A program made the position numbers and the translations under genes. DNA of 64,000 nucleotides from Chrysemys picta bellii (Eukaryota): positions 15,562,001 to 15,626,000 of the forward strand of contig NC_088805.1 in the NCBI RefSeq assembly GCF_011386835.1, given 5' to 3'. Below are positions 25,470 through 35,700 of this stretch, piece after piece. Numbering within the stretch: position 1 is the stretch's first letter; the number at the start of each line of letters is the position of its first letter. Below the pieces are notes generated by a model. It saw only the letters and a list, made by a program, of their open reading frames with translations. It did no database searches and had not been told where the DNA came from.

Positions 25470-27300
25470 TTCATTACCTGTAACTGGAGTTCTTTGAGGT
25501 GATCTTTACACATTCACACTCCTGGGAGGCACTGGCAGGTCCAGTTCAGACATGGAACGTTTTCATAGCAGTGGCCATTGGAACACACACATGACCCTCC
25601 CCTCTCCATTCCTGAACGTTCGGAGGGTGAAGCTGTAAAGGAGGGGTGGGGGTGGAGTCCTCTGATGCCTCAATTCCTTCCACCACCTCCTCCAAGTCAA
25701 GTTCTAGGAGGACTTAAAGGAAGGGATGAAGATGGGTTGGAAGTGCGACTATGCAGGGTCTAGCTCCAAGAAGTCCAGGTACAGGTAAGGCAGGTTTACA
25801 CTACAGACCTATATCGGCATAACTGTGTCACTCGGGGTGAGAAAAATCCACACTTCTGAATGCTGTAGTTGTACCAAGCTCACCCCCCCACCATGTAGAC
25901 AGTACTAGGTCTCCAACATAGCTAATCCACCTCCCCAAGAGGCGGTAGCTATGGGGATGGGAGAAGCTCTCCTGTCAGCATAGGAGAGTCTACACTAAAG
26001 CGCTACAGCAGCGCTGTACACAAAGACAAGCCCTAAGTAACCTTCATTTCTTCAAGTGTCTGCTGCATATTCCCATTCCTGGGGTAGTTTGGCAAACAGT
26101 ACCCCATAAATGGAAGGTGAGATTCGGAGTCCTACTGACTGGGAATTGAGGTAGTGCTCTACCAAACTGAGCAGCCGATGTAGATTCTAGCTCTAGGGAG
26201 TAGTGCTTTGTAAATGTACGTACAGCGCTCCAAGCAACAACCCTACAGATTTCTGCAATAGCAATACATCTATACCATGCTATAATGGAGGTAGCCATTG
26301 CTCAGGTAGAGTGTGACCTAATGCCTATGCAGGGTGCAATAGATGCTAGTTTACACATTCCGCTGTGCATTAACTGACACTAGTGAACATCTGTGAAGCG
26401 ACAGCATGACCTTTATGTCTGCACATGAAATAAAGAGACTAGAAAACTTACAAAATCCTTTACTTCTGTTTAAATCTGTTTGTTCAGTTTTAGAAATGTT
26501 ATTCCATGAGATAAAATGAACAAGGAAATGCTTATAATGTTGCGTCTAAAATACATTCTATTTGCTGTAGCATAAAAACGCTCTCAACACCCAAAGAACA
26601 CAGCTTTGACTCACCTGTGTGAGCATGAAATCTAGGGAGAAATAAATACTGGCAGCTTTATCACTCGGTTAACGTGAAAATCACGTACCACTTTGGGGAG
26701 GAATCTAGGGTTTGGGTAGATCACCACCTTATCCTTGTGAAAGATGGTGAATGGAAACTCAGCCATGAAGACACATAGTTTACTCATGCCCCTGGCAATT
26801 TGCCACTGTAATTCCAAGCGCTACTGATTAAAACACCTTTCTACTGATTGAATCCATCTTCTTTCCCTCCCAATCAGAAAGTCTGGAGTGTGATTGTCCT
26901 CCTCTGGATCTTTGGACAGCTACTGCCACAACCAGAGAGCTAAGGTAGGGTGCATGTGAATGAATGAAAACCCTTTGTAGGATAAATGATATCACGTGTC
27001 AGTATTTTTTGAGGTAGCCTGACATGATGAAAGAGTAGACCACACTGCCTTCACAGGGTGCAGTAGTCCATGGAAGGGTAATCTTGATGGAGAACCAGAA
27101 TGGAAGGTTTCTTCCAGAGTGATCAGTGTCGTCACCCTACAGTTCCAGAACTTATGGACAGAAAAGCATCCTCAGAAGGAGAGGAAGCCAAAGCAATCCC
27201 AACATTTGCAACTGGGGGAAAATTCAGCATCGAGTTCTGGCTCCAACTCTTGATATTCTTCCTGAGCTGCAGGCCACTCGTCGTCTTCTGACAGAGCGTG
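25470..27300 (-). mobile_element. DIRS-like tyrosine-recombinase retrotransposon remnant (boundaries approximate)
   Basis: YR-like peptides FHKDKVVIYPNPRFLPKVVRDFHVNRVIKLPVF (26632-26817) and EICRVVAWSAVRTFTKHY..AAQFGRA (26044-26298); inverted repeat TTACCTGTAACTGGAGTTCTTTGAG (~25475) versus CTCCAAGAAGTCCAGGTACAGGTAA (~25764-25788). Confidence 0.7.
25789..26033. mobile_element. PIF/Harbinger-type MITE nested in the DIRS remnant
   Basis: GGCAGGTTTACACT...AAAGACAAGCCC termini with TAA on both sides (25786-25788, 26034-26036). Confidence 0.7.
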
Positions 27301-28497
27301 AGGGACTATGTGGAGAATGCTCCCTGAAAGCACGTGATATTGACAGAGCTGGGAATCTTGAAACTTTTCTGGACCCCTAGTAGGGCAGGAATTCCTGCAC
27401 TCTGAGAATGTGGATTATTTCTGTAGTGCCTAGATGAGAGCTAATAGGGCCATCCAGGCCAGGGAAGTACCTGCCAATCATGACAGTTTGTTGAACTGTT
27501 GGCTGCATGACTGGTGTGAAGCTGAAGGGTCCGGTTTTGTGGAACACTGGGCCATATTCAAGAGCAAGAGGGGTCTGTGTGAACAGGACAATCTGCATCT
27601 CACAGTTAGTGGGGGCTAATCTTGGTTGGAGGCTAGCTGGACCAGCCAGGAGGACATTAAACTAGCAACACACAGGGAGGGAGCTAAGAAGGCAAACGTA
27701 GTACAAACTCAAACGCAGCTTGTCACGAACAAATTGAACCTATGTGGCAAAGAAAATTGCATAAAGAAGAAAATTTTCAGTTGCTTATATAGCAATGTTA
27801 GGGGGTCTGGGTGCCAAGCAAGAAGAATTGGAATTTTCAGTGATGTAGAAAAAAAAATGATCTATTTTGGCTTTCTTGAAACCTGGTTGGATAATTCAAT
27901 GATTGGAATGTTAAAATTAGTGGTTATAAACTGCCTAGGAAACATAGAGGGGTAAGAGAGATGCACACTCTACATTAGAGACACCATCACTTGTTTAGAG
28001 CTGTTGATAACTCAGAACTACAATAGAAAAGCCCAGGAGATAGTACTAGTGGGAGTCGTCACAGACCGCTGAATCAAACTAGAAAATAGGATGAGTGACT
28101 CCTTAAGCACCTATCTGCAATGTGTGTGGGGGGGAAATTGTTTTCTGGGGGATGTCAATTTGGGAGACATAGGCTGGAGGGCTGCTTAAGGCAGAAATAA
28201 ATCATCATATATAATTTTAAAACACACAAAGTATTGTGCCCAACATGCGGTAACTGTTTTGGACCGCTTTATGACTGAGCAAGATGAATTAATCACTAAA
28301 AGAAGTTGTTGGTTGACTAGGAATGAGTGATCCTGACCTAATTACATTCAATACAGGCAAACAGAGGACAGTCCCAACCAGTAATAAATATATTTGGTGC
28401 TTCAAAATGGACAATTCCCAAATATGAGGAAAATTATGAGCAGAATTGATGGGGAGAAAAAAATTAGACTGAAAAACATGAATGAAAATGAACTTAA

Positions 28498-29600
28498 GAA
28501 CATAAGAACAGTCATACTGGGTCATACCAAAGGTCCATCTAGTCCAGTATCCTGTCTTCCGACAGTGGCCAATGTCAGGTGCCCCAGAGGGAATGAACAG
28601 AATGGGTAATCAATCATGAACATCATAATAGCCATTGATGGACCTATCCTCCATGAACTTACCTTTTTTTAAACCCTCTTATAGTCTTGGCCTTCACAAC
28701 ATCCTCTGGCAAGGAGTTCCAGAGGATGATTGTGCGTTGTGTGAAAAAATACTCCCTTTTGTTTGTTTTAAACCTATTAATTTCATTTGGTGACTCCTAG
28801 TTCTTGTGTTATGAGAAGGGGTAAATAACAGTTCCTTATTTACTTTCTCCACACCAGTCATGAGTTTATAGACCTCAATCATATCCCCCCCTTAGTCATC
28901 TCTTTTCCAAGATGAAAAGTCCCAGTCTTATTAATCTCTCTTCATATGGCAGCTGTTCTATGCGTCTAATCATTTTTGTTGCCTTTTTCTGAACCTTTTC
29001 CAATTCTAATATATCTTTTTTAAAATGGGGCGACTGCCTCTGTACTCTGTATTCAAGATGTGGGCGTACCATAGTTCTACACGGAGGCAATATGATATTT
29101 TCTGTCTGATCTATCCCTTTCCTAATGATTCCCAACATTCTGTTCGCTTTTTTGACTGCTGCTGCACATTGAGTGGATGTTTTCAGAGAACTATCTGCAA
29201 TGATTCCAAGATCTCTCTCTTGAGTGGTAACAGTTAATTTAGACCCCATCATTTTATATGTAGAGTTGGGTTATGTTTTCCAATGTGCATTACTTTGCAT
29301 TTATCAACACTGAATTTAATCTGCCATTTTGTTGCCCAGTCACCCAGTTTTGAGAGATCCTTTTGTAGCTCTTCGCAGTCTGCTTTGGACTTAACTATCT
29401 TGAGTAGTTTTGTATCATCTGCAAATTTTGCCACCTCACTGTTTACCCCTTTTTCCAGATCATTTTTTAAGATGTTGATTAGGACTGTTCCCAGTACAGA
29501 CCCCTGGGAGATCCCACTATTTACCTCTCGCTATTCTGAAAACTGACCGTTTATTTTTACCCTTTGTTTCCTATCTTTTAACCAGTTACCAATCCACGAG
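28498..29600 (-). mobile_element. CR1 LINE 3' fragment nested antisense in the older CR1
   Basis: [36 protein letters not shown] on the minus strand; 3' end reads ACATAAGAACAGTCATACTGGGTC on the plus strand. Confidence 0.9.
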
Positions 29601-31004
29601 AGAACCTTCCCTCTATGACAGCTTAATGGGGAGTTCTTTAAATAGGGTTTATTAGATGGCCAAAAAGCCACAATTCAACAATCAAGAAATGAGACAACTT
29701 TGGCTAAAAGCACATCCTGGTTCAGTGGCAAAGTGAAAGCAGCAATTAGAAATAAAAAAAGCAACATATAACAAATGGAAAAAAGGAGAAATAGCTATCA
29801 CTATAAATCAGAAGTTATGAAGTGTAGAAAGACAGGGAAAAATCTACAGCTGGGGGCGGCGGGGCTAGAGACAGTAAGGTGTTCTTTAAGTATATTAGGA
29901 TCGGCCAGGACAGCAGCGGGTCTTCTGCCACTGCTAGGGCCCCGGGCTGGGATGCAGTGGAGTGGGAGGGCCTGCGTCCCCCCTGCCACCCAACTTGTGG
30001 GTGGCAGTCTCCCCCTCTCCCAGGCCTTTTGAGGCTTGGGCCTACTATTGTTGCTCAGCCCTGACTGAGGGCCTGAGCTCCTGACTCAGCGTTTGTTGCC
30101 CTGCCCTGACCTAGGGCCCGGGCTTAATACTTTGTACTCGTTTGTTGTTCAGTCCTGACTGAGGGCCTGAGCTCCTGACGTAGCATTATTGCCTGCCCTG
30201 AGCAGAGCCGGGCTTACCATGTTCTTCCGGTTACAGCAAGAGCTGCCGAGGGAGACCCCACGGCCGGACGAATTTCCCAAGCTCACCGGTGTGTAGAGAG
30301 CCGGTGTGGCTCCCCGCCGCCCCGGAAAGGGTTGAGCCCCGGCAAACTCTTGTACACGGGTATATATTGAATTCCAGTCCACATGGTGTTATGGAAAATA
30401 ACACCTATGGAAAATAGGTCTCATCAAACAAACCTGAGTTGATTCTTTCAGAAGATTACAAGTTTGATTGATATAGGCAACTGTGTACGTGTAATAGATT
30501 TGGGCTTTAATAAGGCATTTGACTTACTACCACACAGGATTCTGATTTAAAAAAATAGCATTAAACAATGAGCACACATTAAGGGGACTAAAAAGTGACT
30601 AACGGGTCTTTAATAGGGAATCATCAACGGATGAAAGGAGTTTGCAGTGGGATCCACCAGAGGCCCAACATTAGTCAACATTTCATTAATGATCTGGAAG
30701 TCTATATAAAATCACTGCTGATCAGATTGGCAGATACCATGAAGATTGGTGCAATGGCAAATAAAGATGAGGATAGGACAGTCATACAGAGGGAAGTGGG
30801 CACCTTCCAACAAACTGCATTTTAATACAGCCAAATGCAAAGTTACGCATTCAGGAACAAAGAATGAAAGCCACATCCACAGAATGGAGGACTGTATCCT
30901 GGAAAGCAGCGACTCTGAGAAGGATTTAAGGAACACAGTGGACCAGCAATTCAACATGAGCTCCCAGGGGGAGGCTGTGGCAAAAAGGGCTAGTGCAATC
31001 GTTG

Positions 31005-31646
31005 GACAACTGTTTAGCGGTGCTTAGGATTTTCTGGGCAGCGGGGGGGGGGGGGGTGGGAGGAGGAGTGGAGATGCGGGGCTGCCCTGCTCCTGCCCCC
31101 TCTCCCAGCACTTCACACTTAGGACTTTCTGGGAGGGAGGGGCAGGAGCAGGGAAGCGCTGCATCTCTGCTCCTCTCCCTCCCTCCCAGAAAGTCCTAAG
31201 CGCTGCCAAACAGCTGGTTGGCAGCACTTAGGACTTTGGGGGGGGGGGGCGGAAAGAGGGATGTGGCATGCTCTGGAGAGGAGGTGGAGTGGGGGTGGGA
31301 AAAGGTGGGCCTGGAGCGGAGCGGGGCCAGGAAGAGGCGGGCCTGGAGCATTCCCGGCAAAATCCGAGCCTGTTCTCCAGGGAAGCTGCTGCTGCTGCTG
31401 CAAAGGTGCTTCCTAGCGTCCTTGCCTGCAGAGGGCTGTGCCTGTGTGGGGTAAGCCAGGGGTACTTCCCAACCACAGTACAGTACAGTACAATGCCTTT
31501 TGTCTGCCCCGAAAAAAATTCCTTGGAACCTAACTCCCCACATTTACATGAAATCTTATGGGACAATTGGATTCGTTTAAGACTGTTTCACTTAAAGTTG
31601 CATTTTTCAGGAACATAACTACAACGTTAAGTGAGGAGTTATTGTA
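31005..31646 (-). mobile_element. Tigger/pogo-like non-autonomous element, one end truncated
   Basis: Terminus TACAATAACTCCTCACTTAACGTTGTAGTTATGTTCC (minus) with TA; GC-rich interior; interrupts the CR1. Confidence 0.6.
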
Positions 31647-33475
31647 CTGCACCCTGTGCCAGTGTCCATATTTTTAAAAGGATTTTGAAAAATTGGGGAG
31701 GGTGCAGAAGAGAGCCATAAAAATTAGCTAAGGGTTGGAAAAAATGCCATACAGTGAGACACTTAAGAGCTCATTCTGGTTAGCTAAGTAAAAAGAAGAT
31801 TAAGAGGTGATTTGATTTCAGAGAATAAGTACGTTCACATGAAGAACTCGCCAGACACTAAAGGGTTCTTTGATGTAGCGGAGAAAGACATAACAAAAAC
31901 CAATGGCCAGAAGCTGAAGCCAGACAAATTCAAATTAGAAATAAGGCACAAATGTTTAACAGGGAGGAGGACTAAGCTCCGGAATGAATTGCCAAAGAAG
32001 AGGTAGAGCCTTAATTTCTTAAGGTCTTCAAATGAAGACTGGATGCCCTCTGGAAGATACGCTTTAGCCACACATAAAAGTTATTGGGCTCAATAGAGAG
32101 GGAACTGGGTGAGATGTAACAGCGTCTGATATATAGAAGCCCAGACTAGATGATCTAATGGTTTGGGCTGGCCTTAAAATGGATGAATCTCTATGAATTG
32201 TTAAACACTTCATACATGAACACGACACCAACAAGTACTCATCTTGCACATTTCTAGAGATCTGAAGATATGTAATCTTAACCGTTAGTGGCAGATTCAC
32301 CAGTATACTCTGGCTGCTTTCTGCCACTCTGGAACAATGCAAAGCAACCAGTGTGTATGGGGCAGGTTAAACTGGGTTTACAGTTGCTCTGCATCTCCAG
32401 AGGAGCCCAAAGCAGTTGGAGTGTAGTGGGGAGTATGGCTTGGACTTTGTTTGAGCTATCCAGAATATTTTTTTCACATTTCATTCATATATTATACATT
32501 GCACGTACATTTCCAAGATATGAAACTGGAATTTTACTCTCTATATCACGGACTCCTTCAAACAATAGAACTGTATCATGCACATTAGCTGTACAGAACA
32601 GCTGGTGGTTAGTTGAATGATCTTTTATGGCGCAGTGGTTCCTTTTCAGAGCATCGTGAGCTGCCCCGTCTATATAATGACAATTAGACATAACACTTAT
32701 TAATAACTTAGCTCAATTACAACTTTAGTTCTTCAACTGGAGCCTATCCAGGAGGTTTCAATACGTTTTAATGAGATGGACATTTTAAGAGTATGTTATT
32801 CTGTTAAGATCGTTCAGGATGAAGAATGAGCTGATAAAGTACAACATTTCTTAAACAGACCATTTACTTGTAAATTCTCAGAAAAAAAACTTATTCTGTC
32901 CACAAAGAATAAGTGCTGTAATTTTGGGGCTATATTCTTCCTACATAAACTGGTTGAATCCCTGCTTTAAGGGCAAAACTCAACTTTAAGTTAAGTTTTA
33001 ACCATAACCAGTGCCTCCATATATACACATATAAGTGTGTATGTTGTGTGAGACATATATAGGGCTTCTGATTTTTAGTTTTAACTGAAAAACACCCCCA
33101 ATATAAAACAACAAAAAGCAGTGCTTATCCCCCAAAACACCAGAAATGGTTACTTGTACCCAAAGACTTGTCTACATGGAGCAGTAGAATGGACTTCTAT
33201 GGTGTGATCTCTAGAACACCCTAACATGCTGCATCTTACTTAGTTCATGTAGACCCTGCTGGTGTGCACTAAGGGTTCCCTAGTGCACTTTAAAATAGTA
33301 CTGCAGCCATTAATATATTACTGTAATAAGTAAGGTATAAAATCGACATTATTCGTTACAATACACACAAAGAGCCCCAATTTTTGGACAAAACTCAAAT
33401 TGCTAAAAACCTCCCCAAAGTGAAATTAATAATCCCCCCCAAAAAGAAGCCCTAGATAAAAGGGTGTGGAAGCAT

Positions 33476-33496
33476 GTACACACACACACACACACT
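33476..33496. repeat. (CA)n microsatellite
   Basis: Direct read of a CACACA run. Confidence 0.85.
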
Positions 33497-34394
33497 TTAG
33501 CTTCTAGGGGAAAAATCTTCTTTTGTAATTGAAACATTCTGCTGTGGTGCTGGACACTCAGAACACAATCCTATTGAGCTCTGACATAAATGCCAGATAC
33601 TGCAACTAATACATCTAGTTCGGACTGTCCTAATGGAGTAAAATGCAAAAATAAACAAACAACAAAAATGGCCATTGGTAAATTAGAGTCGATTATTAAA
33701 ACTCAACATTTAAAAGCAGTGGTAGTAAGCAGAGTAAAGTTTGTTTTGATTTATTAAATTTGAAAAGCACAAAGCTTCAAGCCTTTGAATAATTACAATG
33801 TCTCCTGGCTGTGCTCTACTTATTCCAGAAGAGGTTTTAGAGTATTTTCTGAACAGGTGATTTTCCTTATTAGTTTTTATGCTACAGCAAATAGAATGTA
33901 TTTTAGAAGCAATATTATAAGCATTTCCTTGTTCATTTTATCTCATGGAATAACATTTCTAAAAGTAGACAAACAGATTTAAAAGAGAAAGCTGTTCCCT
34001 AATGTTGTGTGTGTATGCTGTTCTGTAGACCCCCTTTGTATTCATTTTACTTTCATAAGCCACACGAACAATTGAAACTATAATTGAAACTAATCAATTC
34101 TCTTAGCCAAGTGATGATCAAAATACAGAATGGAGTAGCAGGCTAAGAAGCATATATAAATATCAAAGCACAGGAATCAAATACTTTCCATAGCCAAAGA
34201 ATGAAAAAAAAAAAAAACCCACAAAAAACCCCACTTCAATTATTCCTCTTCTCCTCTTGTGAGAGTGAATGGAATAATCATTTTACCAGGATGTTACAGT
34301 ACAAACAAGGTGATAGCTCTTGTGAATGATGTGCTGGAATGTTGCTTTGGTTCTTGGCTTCCAGTTGCTTTTCAGTAAGTCTGAAAAAAGGCAT

Positions 34395-34475
34395 TTAACG
34401 TCAGTAACCCCTAGTAACAGCAGCTCTGCTTTGTGACATCATAGCCCCACATCATACATTAAACAATGTTGAAGA
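34395..34475 (+). promoter_or_regulatory. Putative proximal promoter of TSSK copy C
   Basis: Half-CRE TAACGTCA ~34396-34403, TGACATCA 34434-34441, then ATTAAACAATG; homologous to the A and B modules. Confidence 0.6.
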
Positions 34476-34605
34476 TTCTACAACATCCAACTCAAGAGAA
34501 GCAGGGCATCTCAGATGGCCACCATGGAATATGTAACAACAGGCTTCTGGCATACGTGATGCACAGTCAACTTCAACTTATGCATCACTTGTTGCCTCTG
34601 GCACC

Positions 34606-35700
34606 ATGGATGATGCTGCAGTCCTTAAAAAGAGAGGCTACATCGTGGGGGGAAATTTGGGAGAAGGGTCTTACGCTAAAGTGAAATCTGCCTACTCCGA
34701 TCGACTGAAATTTGATGTAGCAGTAAAGATCATAGACCGGAAAAAAGCTCCTCGTGACTTCCTGGAAAGATTTCTCCCCAGGGAAATAGAGATTTTGGCC
34801 AAAGTGAATCACTGCTCCGTGGTCAAGACCTATGAGATTTTTGAGACATCTGATGGCAAAGTCTACATCGTGATGGAGCTGGGTACAAAAGGAGACTTAC
34901 TGGAGTTCATCAAGAGCAAAGGGGCTTTGGCTGAAGATGTAGCTCGCAAGATGTTTCGCCAGCTGTCTTCTGCCATCAAGTACTGCCACGATTTGGATAT
35001 TGTTCACAGGGACTTGAAATGTGAGAACCTCCTTCTAGACAGAGACTTTAATATCAAACTGTCAGACTTTGGCTTTTCCAGACGACTGACTCGAGATGAA
35101 AATGGCAAAGTTATTCTCAGTAAAACCTTCTGTGGTTCTGCTGCATATGCAGCCCCTGAAGTGTTACAGGGCATTCCCTATCAGCCTAAGATTTATGACA
35201 TATGGAGTCTGGGTGTCATTTTGTATATAATGGTCTGTGGATCAATGCCATATGACGACTCAAACATTAGAAAAATGCTAAAGATTCAGAAAGAACACAG
35301 AGTGCACTTTCCCAAGTCTAAAAACTTGACAGTTGAATGCAAAGATCTTATTTACCGCATGCTGCAGCCGGACGTGGCTCGGAGGTTGCACGTAGATGAG
35401 ATTTTAAATCATATTTGGATGCAGACTCCAAAATCCAGAGTTCCTTCAGCAACTTCATTTGTAAATGAGGGAGAGTGTTCTCGGAATCTTGGCAAGTTGA
35501 AGTCAGAGCACAAACAGGAAATAGAACCTGTGGGGGAATCTAAGCCAGATAGAGCAGATTACAAAACTGATTCTAAAGTAGTGCCCAGATTGGAGGCAGT
35601 ACCGGAAGCAGAGGATGCTGGTTCCGAGGAAGAGCAAGCAGAAGTTAATGACCTTACAGATGAAATGCAAAGAACAGCGATCACAAATGGCGATGACTAA
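34606..35700 (+). CDS. TSSK2: Testis-specific Ser/Thr kinase, TSSK1/2 family, copy C (364 aa, intronless; TSSK2-like paralog of copy B; orthology tentative)
   Basis: All kinase motifs intact; colinear without gaps with copy B (offset 13237 bp) including the tail; adjacent to the ESS2 3' end, as mammalian TSSK2 is. Confidence 0.9.
   Translation: MDDAAVLKKRGYIVGGNLGEGSYAKVKSAYSDRLKFDVAVKIIDRKKAPRDFLERFLPREIEILAKVNHCSVVKTYEIFETSDGKVYIVMELGTKGDLLEFIKSKGALAEDVARKMFRQLSSAIKYCHDLDIVHRDLKCENLLLDRDFNIKLSDFGFSRRLTRDENGKVILSKTFCGSAAYAAPEVLQGIPYQPKIYDIWSLGVILYIMVCGSMPYDDSNIRKMLKIQKEHRVHFPKSKNLTVECKDLIYRMLQPDVARRLHVDEILNHIWMQTPKSRVPSATSFVNEGECSRNLGKLKSEHKQEIEPVGESKPDRADYKTDSKVVPRLEAVPEAEDAGSEEEQAEVNDLTDEMQRTAITNGDD

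Larger units (their letters stand above)
27400..32200 (+). mobile_element. Old fragmented CR1 LINE interrupted by at least three younger insertions
   Basis: ORF1-like DNLHL (27434-27619), EN start FSCLYSNVRG (~27780), ORF2 middle (~29620-29830), RT region (~30400-31000), 3' part to ~32200, in colinear order. Confidence 0.75.

Noticed and set aside
32200-32700. Coding-like segment with a HWLLCIV peptide reminiscent of Ulp1-type proteases
   Set aside because: Frame has several stops and the similarity rests on a few residues.
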